Part shown: piece by piece, positions 41,389 to 50,100 of the stretch
Position numbering within the stretch: position 1 is the stretch's first letter
Layout: every line of letters begins with the position of its first letter
Origin: an uncultured Planctomycetaceae bacterium
GTDB lineage: Bacteria > Planctomycetota > Planctomycetia > Planctomycetales > Planctomycetaceae
Length of the DNA: 64,000 nt
Direction: 5' to 3'
Assembly: GCA_963976765.1 (NCBI GenBank)
Contig: CAXBME010000008.1
Location: 1 to 64,000, forward strand
Notes under the pieces: model-generated
The model's input: only the letters and a program-made list of their open reading frames with translations
Database searches by the model: none
What the model was told of the DNA's origin: nothing
Made by a program: the position numbers and the translations under genes

Positions 41389-43809
41389 ATGTTGAGAAGG
41401 CCTCAAACCTTCCGGATCGATAGCAGCCTACTTCGACGTCCTGCTGTCGCTATCCCGCTCTGCGTTGTTCTGGCCGTCGTCGCCTCTTTTGGGAACCCGA
41501 CGCGACCGGCACAGGCTCAGGATGCCAGCGGGCTGTTCAACCTGGGTGACCTTGTCGGCAAGCCAGCCACTAAACCATCGTCATCCGAAGCGAAGATCAC
41601 GCTCGAACCGGCGAACGCGAAAGCTGGCGATGTCGTAACGGTGAAAGTCGCGTTGGATCTTCCCCGTGGCTCGCATACCTATTCTATGTCCAGGGGTTTC
41701 AGCGGTCGGACAAAATTCGAGATCAGTGCTTCAGCTGGAGTCGAACCTGTCGATGCAGACTTCGTAGCAGCGACCAAACCAAAGTCGAAGAACGACGCAC
41801 TGCTCGGCCAGGTGGTCGAGACTCACGAAGGCAACGTCGTCTGGACTCGCCGCTACCGCCTGAAAACCGGAGCCTCACCCGAGTCCGTCAAAATCGCTGG
41901 CCAGATGCGCTATCAGGTCTGTGATGCCACGAGTTGTCGACCAAAGAATCAGAAGTTCGACTTGACTCTCGGCGGCGGTTTGGCGAGCGATCCCGTCTAC
42001 GAAGTTCAGCACGCACCGACCCAGAAAGTCGGCGGCGTTGAGAAACCCGGACCATCTACATGGACCGCTCGTCTTTCACCCAAAGACGCTGCACCCGGTG
42101 AGAAAGTGACGCTCTCAGTCGTCGCCAGAATGCAGAAGGGCTACCACACCTTTGCCCTCGACCACGATAAACGAAACATCGGCCTGCCAACGGTCATTCA
42201 GACGCTCGTCGTCAGCGGCCTGAAACCGGTTGACGAAAAAGCCAGTTTCAAACCGAACCACAAAGTCGAACTGCACGAAGTACTCGGCAAGACGCAACGA
42301 ATCCACCACGACGAGGTCACCTGGACGCGCGAGTTTGTCGTCGCCGACTCCGCTCAAAGCGATGGCTACGGTATCTCCGGCAAAGTCAGTTTTCAGGTCT
42401 GCGACGCCAGCAGTTGCCGACCGGGCAGATTTTCATTCGAACTCGGGAACATCGATGAAGCTTCGTCGGCGAACTCGCAAGTTGCTCCGCTGGCCGGACC
42501 CGACTCAACTGAATCAGCATCCGTCTTTGACGACCTTCGGTATCGAGAACCAGGTGGCGGCGCGACCGAAGGGGGATTGAGCCAGTTCCTCATGTTCGCA
42601 TTTCTGGGTGGTTTGATTCTTAACGTGATGCCGTGTGTTCTTCCGGTGATCGCGATCAAAGTTCTCAGCTTCGTTCAGCAGGCGGGTGAAGATCGAGGGA
42701 GAATCTTTCTGCTTAACGCGACGTACTCACTTGGCGTGATTTCAGTGTTCATGTTGCTGGCAACGCTCGCCGCGTTCGCTGGTACAAGTTGGGGCGGGCA
42801 GTTTCAGAGCGTTGAATTCCTGGTCGCCATGTCGGCTCTGGTTTTTGTGATGGGGCTCAGCTTGCTGGGAGTATTTGAAATTCCGATTCCCGGCTTTGTG
42901 GGGTCTTCAGCCGGCGGTCGTCAGGAAGGACTTGGCGGCGCGTTTATGACCGGGGTTTTCGCGACGATTCTGGCCACTCCGTGCAGCGGTCCGTTTCTGG
43001 GACCAACGCTCGGCTGGTCGATTCAGCAACCGCCCACGACCATTTACATGATCTGGGGAATGATGGGGCTGGGCATGGCGTCGCCCTATTTGTTATTCGG
43101 GTTGTTTCCCGGAGCCGTTCGCTTTCTGCCGAAACCGGGCAACTGGATGATCCGCTTCAAGCAGATTGCTGGCTTCATCATGCTCGGTACGACGGTCTTT
43201 CTGTTGTCAATTCTCGACGAGGCTTACCTGGTACCGACTCTTGTCATGCTGCTGGGCGTTGGCATTGGCGTGTGGATGATCGGCAACCTTTATGACCTGT
43301 CGTCTCCGCCAGCGACGCGATGGAAAATGCGATTCCTGTCGCTTTGCACGGTCGGCATCATCAGCGGCTACGGATATCACCTCGCCTCTGCTGACGAGAA
43401 ACTTCACTGGGAGCCGTTCACGCCTGCGGCAGTTGCGGACGCACTTCAGAACGGGCAACCGGTCATGGTTGACTTTACCGCCGACTGGTGTCTGACCTGC
43501 AAAGTCGTTGAAAAGACCACGCTCAACACAGATTCGACGCGCGACGTTGTGGACGCTCACCGATTTGTCACGCTGAAAGCAGACTGGACCGATGGGTCAG
43601 ACGAAATTCGAGACCTGCTGAATCGACTCGGTGGAGACAGTATTCCAACACTTGCGGTGTTTTCTCCCGCGAAGCCAACGGAACCGATTGTCCTTCGCGA
43701 TGCCTGGAGCCAGTCGACTCTGCTTGAGCAGTTGGAAACGGTTGTAGCGGAAAACGCTCAGCCAGCAGGTCCGCAGGCAAGTCTGGCGGCGACCACGACG
43801 GTCAAATAA
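41389..43809 (+). CDS. dsbD: Protein-disulfide reductase DsbD family with two N-terminal DsbD-alpha domains
   Basis: QVCDATSC and QVCDASSC; TM motifs LNVMPCVLP and ATPCSGP; thioredoxin motif DFTADWCLTC. Confidence 0.85.
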   Translation: MLRRPQTFRIDSSLLRRPAVAIPLCVVLAVVASFGNPTRPAQAQDASGLFNLGDLVGKPATKPSSSEAKITLEPANAKAGDVVTVKVALDLPRGSHTYSMSRGFSGRTKFEISASAGVEPVDADFVAATKPKSKNDALLGQVVETHEGNVVWTRRYRLKTGASPESVKIAGQMRYQVCDATSCRPKNQKFDLTLGGGLASDPVYEVQHAPTQKVGGVEKPGPSTWTARLSPKDAAPGEKVTLSVVARMQKGYHTFALDHDKRNIGLPTVIQTLVVSGLKPVDEKASFKPNHKVELHEVLGKTQRIHHDEVTWTREFVVADSAQSDGYGISGKVSFQVCDASSCRPGRFSFELGNIDEASSANSQVAPLAGPDSTESASVFDDLRYREPGGGATEGGLSQFLMFAFLGGLILNVMPCVLPVIAIKVLSFVQQAGEDRGRIFLLNATYSLGVISVFMLLATLAAFAGTSWGGQFQSVEFLVAMSALVFVMGLSLLGVFEIPIPGFVGSSAGGRQEGLGGAFMTGVFATILATPCSGPFLGPTLGWSIQQPPTTIYMIWGMMGLGMASPYLLFGLFPGAVRFLPKPGNWMIRFKQIAGFIMLGTTVFLLSILDEAYLVPTLVMLLGVGIGVWMIGNLYDLSSPPATRWKMRFLSLCTVGIISGYGYHLASADEKLHWEPFTPAAVADALQNGQPVMVDFTADWCLTCKVVEKTTLNTDSTRDVVDAHRFVTLKADWTDGSDEIRDLLNRLGGDSIPTLAVFSPAKPTEPIVLRDAWSQSTLLEQLETVVAENAQPAGPQASLAATTTVK

Positions 43810-43878
43810 CAACGGCCAAAGCCTGGCCTCAATTTCGCACCTGGTGAACTGACCATTCGCGACCAGCTCGACCGTCGG

Positions 43879-44787
43879 TTACGTCGGCGTTTCCAGGATG
43901 ACTCCGACGCTTTCGCCTTCGTGGACACGCGGGAATGTTCTCAGCGTCAGAACGATTCCCGATTGCTGCGCAGCGATTGTTCGGCGATCGGAGCCGGTCT
44001 GATTAAAGACGGTTCCCAGGGAATCGCCGACCTGAACCTCATCGCCCAGCTTGACGGATGGCTCGAAGTAACCGGTGATCGGTGAAGGATTGCAGACCTG
44101 CATGTGTCCGGAACCTGGTCGTGGATCTTCGACGATTCTTTCAACACGACTTTCAGGTGACGGATGGTCCAGTATGCCCAGCATCGACATGACATTCAGG
44201 CACCCGTCAACGTAAGCCATGACGCCTGCTTCATGGCAGGTTGCCGAGCCAAGGTACTCGGTGTAAATCGCGGGCACATTCGCATCGCGAGCGACTGACA
44301 GGGAGCGTCCGTCAAGATTTCCCGCCGTGCCCCAGATGGTCGGCAGGTTGAACGCTCGGGCCATGCGCCGTTGAGCATCCTGAACGGTCGCATTCTGGTG
44401 AATTGCGTACCCGGCCAGCGGAAGAACCGTGTATTCTGTTCCGCCAGTGTGAAGGTCGATGTAGTAGTCCGCTGATTCGATCAGATTGCTGAGTGCTCGT
44501 GCCGTTCGTTCGGTCGTCGTGCCGCCGGCTCGCCCCGGACAAACTCGAGCCAGGTCCAGCCCATCATCGGCGCAACGATGACCTCGAAGAAATGCGGCTT
44601 CATTCACAACCGGTACCAGCGTGAGAGTCCCGCAGAGAATCTGAGATCGGTTTTCGTCCGCCTTGAACCTGTCGATCAGTCGGCGAATCGCGGCCATTGG
44701 TTCAAATTCGTCGCCATGAACGCCGCCAGTGACCAGCAGCCCGGGCCCGTCGACCTGCCCACCGAACACCTGATTCGCCAGTTCCAT
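43879..44787 (-). CDS. Succinylglutamate desuccinylase/aspartoacylase (M14-like) family protein
   Basis: GGVHGDE, DLAR..PG and IDLHTG motifs; C-terminal biotinyl-like hairpin. Confidence 0.9.
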   Translation of the reverse strand: MELANQVFGGQVDGPGLLVTGGVHGDEFEPMAAIRRLIDRFKADENRSQILCGTLTLVPVVNEAAFLRGHRCADDGLDLARVCPGRAGGTTTERTARALSNLIESADYYIDLHTGGTEYTVLPLAGYAIHQNATVQDAQRRMARAFNLPTIWGTAGNLDGRSLSVARDANVPAIYTEYLGSATCHEAGVMAYVDGCLNVMSMLGILDHPSPESRVERIVEDPRPGSGHMQVCNPSPITGYFEPSVKLGDEVQVGDSLGTVFNQTGSDRRTIAAQQSGIVLTLRTFPRVHEGESVGVILETPT

Positions 44788-44821
44788 AAACAGTTCCCTC
44801 TACTGGTCCACTCGACACGCC

Positions 44822-45616
44822 TCAGTCGCCATTTCGCAACGGAATCAACTGGTTAAGACAGCCCTGCTTGAAACGAAAGCAACCATCGACGGGAAGAATA
44901 GAGCCGGTGATGTAGTCGGCTGCGTCCGAGCAAAGAAAGACCGCCGCCTTGCCGATATCTTCAGGAAGTCCGAGCCGCCCCCAGGGAAGTTTGCGACCTT
45001 CGGCTTCAATCGCCTCGTCGGAAAACGCAAGGTGCTCGCCCGGCGTGTCGATCCAGCCGGGTTCGATCGCGTTGACGTTGATTCGGTGCGGAGTCAGTTC
45101 AACCGCGATTGACATCATCAACTGATTGAGCCCCGCCTTTGCCGCCGAGTACGGCGTGCACAAAGCCGTTGGCAATTCAGCCTGCACACTGGAAATGAAA
45201 AGAATCTTTCCTCCGCCGCCCTGAGCGACCATCTGCCTGGCCACCAGCTGGCTCATGTGAAAGCCACTGGTTAGCGTCCCCGCGATTGTCTGCTCGAAAA
45301 CCTCCGGGTCATATTCGAGAAACGGTGCCCGACGACTGAACGCCGGATTGCTCACCAGAATGTCAACTCGCCCAACTTCCTGCAGAGCGTGTGCGAGCAG
45401 TTCTTCGCAGCCTTGCCGACTGAACACGTTCGCTTCGATGGCCAGGCAGGCTCGTCCGGTACCGCGAATTTCGTCAGCCGTTGCTGCCAGAACTTCACTG
45501 CCTGGCCGGTCGTTAATGATGAGGTCGGCGCCAGCCCGAGCCAACTCCAGAGCACACCCTTTGCCGATTCCCTGACCGGCCCCCGTTACCAGTGCCGTCT
45601 TACCTGACAGGTCCAC
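44822..45616 (-). CDS. Short-chain dehydrogenase/reductase
   Basis: TGAGQGIG, YSAAK and NAIEPGWIDT motifs. Confidence 0.93.
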   Translation of the reverse strand: MDLSGKTALVTGAGQGIGKGCALELARAGADLIINDRPGSEVLAATADEIRGTGRACLAIEANVFSRQGCEELLAHALQEVGRVDILVSNPAFSRRAPFLEYDPEVFEQTIAGTLTSGFHMSQLVARQMVAQGGGGKILFISSVQAELPTALCTPYSAAKAGLNQLMMSIAVELTPHRINVNAIEPGWIDTPGEHLAFSDEAIEAEGRKLPWGRLGLPEDIGKAAVFLCSDAADYITGSILPVDGCFRFKQGCLNQLIPLRNGD

Positions 45617-45679
45617 TCGACTTCTCCTGGATCAAATCGCAACTTTCTGGAAAAGCGAAGAACATCAGGTCGATGACGA

Positions 45680-46402
45680 TCAGGCGTTGAATCTGCCGGT
45701 AGATTCGCCCGGCTTCTGATCAAGCCAACCTGTCCGCGTCTCGCCGTTCTCGCGAGCCTGCCAGACTTCGCCCGAGTCAACGTCCAGACACGTTAGCCAC
45801 CCGGTCTTTCCATACACCCAGGTGTCGATACAAATGGCGTGGCCAATCGTCAGCGGCCATCCGTTCTTCTGAGCCGTGTGGCCGCAAACCATCGTCTTGC
45901 CTGAAACATGTGGCGGCGGATGTGCCCGCGACTCCCACTTCTCCCAATAGACGATGTCGTCAGGCTGATCGTCAAGTGGCCGCCGGAAGTGCGCGAAGGC
46001 ATGAACGAAAAAATGGTGATCGGTAACGTGGATTTTCCGACAGTCCGATTCAAGAAACCGCCGGTGCCGCTCGGGAAGGCCGTCCTTTTCAGGATCAAAT
46101 CCTCGCTGTCGATACGATTCCAGAGTCGTGTCACCACCGAATGACTGCCACCTGCCAGCCCACTCACCGCCATCCAGCGCGTCGAGCATCATGATGTCAT
46201 GATTGCCTCGCAGAGGAACCAGTTGTCCGGCGTCGAATCGCTTAATTAACCATTCAATGACTCCGGCGCTGTCCGGCCCGCGATCGACGTAATCGCCGAC
46301 GGTGATCAGCGTGTCTTCGCTCTTCGGAGCGACCAGCTCAACCAGCGCCTCCAGCGCATTCAGGTAACCGTGAATGTCGCCGATGGCCAGAGTTCTGGGC
46401 AT
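45680..46402 (-). CDS. PPP-family metallophosphoesterase (PphA-like Ser/Thr phosphatase)
   Basis: GDIHG, GDYVDRG, LRGNHD, FVHA and GHT motifs. Confidence 0.92.
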   Translation of the reverse strand: MPRTLAIGDIHGYLNALEALVELVAPKSEDTLITVGDYVDRGPDSAGVIEWLIKRFDAGQLVPLRGNHDIMMLDALDGGEWAGRWQSFGGDTTLESYRQRGFDPEKDGLPERHRRFLESDCRKIHVTDHHFFVHAFAHFRRPLDDQPDDIVYWEKWESRAHPPPHVSGKTMVCGHTAQKNGWPLTIGHAICIDTWVYGKTGWLTCLDVDSGEVWQARENGETRTGWLDQKPGESTGRFNA

Positions 46403-46509
46403 ATCGCTAGAGTACTTTCGGAATTCGTTTTTAGTGTACTTCAGGATGTCACAAAGGAAACAGCGGCTGGTCCGGGGGCCAGCTCCTGCACAGATGCCAT
46501 GAAAATGGT

Positions 46510-46803
46510 CTACTTTCTCGACAGCCAGTAGTCCGGTTTTCGATGACGGTGTGCGACCGCAAAAATCAGTATGACGCCGTCTCGAACGCCGAACACGACG
46601 TCATACGGAAACGCCGCCACGGGGCAGCGGCGAAATCTGGAATCGATAATTGGCCAGCTCTCGGGTTGTGCGATCAACCGAACAATCGCTGAATCGACAG
46701 CCTGAACAAATTCCGTTCCCAGGCCAGGACGTTGCTGTTCGTACCGGCGGCGGAATTGTCGAATTCTTCCAGAGCCTCAGCAAGGAAGGAACCGATAGCT
46801 CAT
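46510..46803 (-). pseudogene. ParE/RelE family type II toxin, disrupted
   Basis: ATG overlaps the antitoxin stop (ATGA). The frame reads MSYRFLPC-TGA and later YEQQRPGLGTEF..FPY.VVF..IFAVAHRHRKPDYW, a ParE signature. Confidence 0.85.
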
Positions 46804-47045
46804 GTCCTGTCAGCGCCGTATTTGCGTCTCATTTCGGACATTGCCGTCGCCCCATCAGTAAGCTGAGTATCCCCACTTTCAACCGCGTCCCATCGGCGCC
46901 GTAACTCAATGGCCCATGCATCAGCGATCTGCGACTGCGAGCTACCGTCCAGACTTTCCCATAACCGCTCAGGCAATTCTGCACGCTGTTTTTCGGGAAG
47001 TTCCAACGCGGCGTCGAATACATTCTGCTCACTCGAGCTGACCAT
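46800..47045 (-). CDS. Putative addiction-module antitoxin (TIGR02574-like)
   Basis: AALELP..QRAEL...LWESL..AWAIELRRRW..VESG pattern, directly upstream of the ParE-like gene. Confidence 0.85.
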   Translation of the reverse strand: MVSSSEQNVFDAALELPEKQRAELPERLWESLDGSSQSQIADAWAIELRRRWDAVESGDTQLTDGATAMSEMRRKYGADRT

Positions 47046-47129
47046 GTCTGGCTCCTTTCTTTCCAGAGAATAAATTGCCCGCTTTCACCGCAGGCAATTC
47101 ACGCAGACCTTTCAAGTTCTCTTCACCAT

Positions 47130-50100
47130 CTACTTCGTCGCCTTCTTCAGCGTCTGCAGATACTCGACCACGTCGACCAAATCCTGTTCGCTGAGCAGCT
47201 TCTGAAGATCAGCCGGCATGATTGAGATCTTCTGTTTGACGATTTCGTCGATGTCGCCCGTCGGGATTGTTCGACTGATTCCGTCTTTGTTCTTGATGGT
47301 GACTGCCTGGTCGGTCTGGCTGGTCATCAGACCCGACACCACATTCCCATCATCCAGCACGACGGAATACATCTCATAGTTATGAGCGATGCCCGCGCTG
47401 GGAAAGAGAATCGACTCGAAGAACGCTGTCCGACTCAGCTTGCTGCCGATTTCCGAAAGGTCCGGACCGACGTCTTTACCCTGCTTGTTGACGATGTGGC
47501 AGTTCGCGCAGGTGCCGGTCTTCGCAAAGAGTTCCGCTCCGCGAGCGGCGTCTCCACGGCGAGCGACCAGATCACTGATCGGCGGCAGCGGTTTGGCATC
47601 CTTGCCCGGAGGCAGCGGGAATAACTTCTGAGCTTCATCGCGAATCTGCTTCACCGACGAACCATGCAGGCTCGCCGCCACTGCCGGCATCAACTGAGCG
47701 TCGATCTCGTCCTTTTTCGCCATGTCGATCAGACGTTGAACTCCGTTGCGGGAAGCACCAACCGCCTGAGTCGCCTGACGTCGCAACTCGGCCGGCTTGT
47801 CCCCATTCCGTACGATGGGCAGCAGGAGCCCGACGGCCCCACCGTTGCCGGAAACCTGAAGTGCTTGAACCATCGCCAGCGGCGTCTTCTCGTCGTCGCT
47901 GTTGAGCACCGCCGAGATCAGGTCCCACTGCTTCTTCTCGATCAACGCGTTGACCGCATCGACTCCGAGCTGATCGCCCGGATGAGTGATCGCCAGCTCG
48001 ACCAGTGTCGGATACCGGTCCGCCATCTCGAACTTCGCGACGAGTTCGACGAACTGTGACGTGCCGGCCAGTCGATCGAGCATTTTGTTCAGGGCCGCGA
48101 GTGCTCCGTCCTTACTCTTGACGTTGCTGCCGAGTCGCTTGATCGCTTCAGCGTTGACGAAGTTCGCTCGCTCAGTGTCACCTCTGCCGTCGTAGCCGAA
48201 CGCCAGACCGAACAAGGCGGACTCTTTATTTTCGCTGCTCACGAAGTCAAAGGCCCGCATGAATCGCGGCAGGTCTTCGTTTGGAGCGTTGCCCGTTCCG
48301 ATCTGCATGGCGAGCAGTTCAGCACTGCGTGAACCGCGGCTGCGCCAGACAATATCCAGCCACGCCTGCTTGCCGGGAAACACGGCTTCGCCACCAGTCT
48401 TCACTTGATCCATCAGCGCATCCAGACAGGCATCCCAGTCCTGATCAGCGCCGATCCCCAACGCTTCCAGATACCAACGATCTTCGCCGTCGTGCTGAGT
48501 CGCCAGTTCCGTCCAGAGCCTCGCCTTGCCGCCGATGTGATGTGTTTCGGAGGATTCGCCGGATTCACGAAACTCGTGCAGAGCGACCGCACATTCGCGA
48601 CGCACCTGAGGACTCGGATCCTTCACCAGGTGGCCGATACTCGCCAGCATTGCCGCCGTATTCAGACTGCCAGGGACGGGACGGTAAATCTGCCGAGCGA
48701 GTCTCAAGCCGAGAATCCGGATGTTTGGATCGGCGTCCTTGATCGCCGTCGCGACAGCCTTTTCGCCGCCTTCGTGTCTCTTGCCGAGCAGCCACAATGC
48801 GCGGGCTCGCATTCGCGGGTTGGTGCTCTCGTTGAACAGTTTAGTCAGAGCCGGAACAGCCTTTTCGCCCTCGGCGTGCAGTTTCGTCCAGGCGAGATAT
48901 CGAGCTTCCAGATTCGGGCTCTGCAACGCGACGATCGCACCGTCGATCGAATCAAAATCGTAAGCCGGAGCTTTGTATGGTGAGTTCGGCGGAGCGACTC
49001 GGAACAGACGCCCTTTCTCAGCATCACCCATGCGGTGCCCGCCGACGCCCGGGTCGTACCAGTCGGCGATGATCAGCGAACCATCCGGAGCGACCACAAC
49101 GTCCGAAGGTCGGAACCATTTGTCACGGGTTCCAACGAGCAGATCCTGAGTCCATGCCGAGTAGCCGGCTCCGTCATTCCTCACCGGGTAAGCGCGAACA
49201 ACGTTCGGCCCGGCATCGCAGTGAATGATCTGACCGCGAAACACTTCCGGCAGCAGATCGCCTTCGTAAAGACAGATGCCCGTCGGAGCACCGGCTCCCG
49301 TCTGCAGCAGATTCGGCATCACACCCGGATCGTTCAGGTGCCAGTGGCGCAGCGGGATTTCGGACTCGATGTTCGTCCGGTCGTCGCGCCATCCGGCACC
49401 GGTGAACTCGTCCTTGTAGCCGTAGTTGCCGAATTCCATCACATAGTTGATGCGGACTCCGCGGTTGCCGTCGTCGTCGTTATCGCTCTGCCAGATCGAG
49501 CCGAAGCTATCAATGCACAGCTCCCAGTTGTTGCGGAAGTTCCAGCCGAGCGTTTCCAGATGCGAGCCGTCCAGATCGCACCGGAACGCCATGCCTTCCT
49601 GATAGGGCTTCCGATTGGCGACGACATCGTTCCCCGCCAGATCCTTCACGACGTTGCCGTCTTTGTCTTTGATCTGGTTCCCGCTGTTGCCGAAGTTGAA
49701 GTACAGCTTGCCGTCCGGCCCGAACGAGAACGCGTGAATGCCGTGATCGTGCTGCGTCCCGCTGATGCCCTGAAACATGATGTCGTGACGATCAGCTTTC
49801 GAGTCCCCGTTGTCGTCATAAAAGTTCATGACCTTATCGCCGGCCGAGACAATCACTCGGTTGCCGAGCACGCAAATGCCGTGGGCCGTGTCGACTTCCC
49901 GCCCCTGATAGAACACCGTCTGCTTGTCGGCGATGCCGTCTGCGTTCGTGTCTTCGAGCACGAGAATACGGTCACCTTCGGGACGCTCACCGAGTCGGTG
50001 TCGGTAGTTGACGACTTCGCAAACCCACACGCGGCCTTTGTGGTCGATGTCGATCGCCGAAATGCTCAACACCGCCGGTTCAGCCGCTTCCGAAGCAAAC

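Noticed and set aside
46777..46779. Selenocysteine or stop read-through at the in-frame TGA of the toxin
   Set aside because: The surrounding codons match ParE only in a shifted frame, so two indels explain the TGA better.
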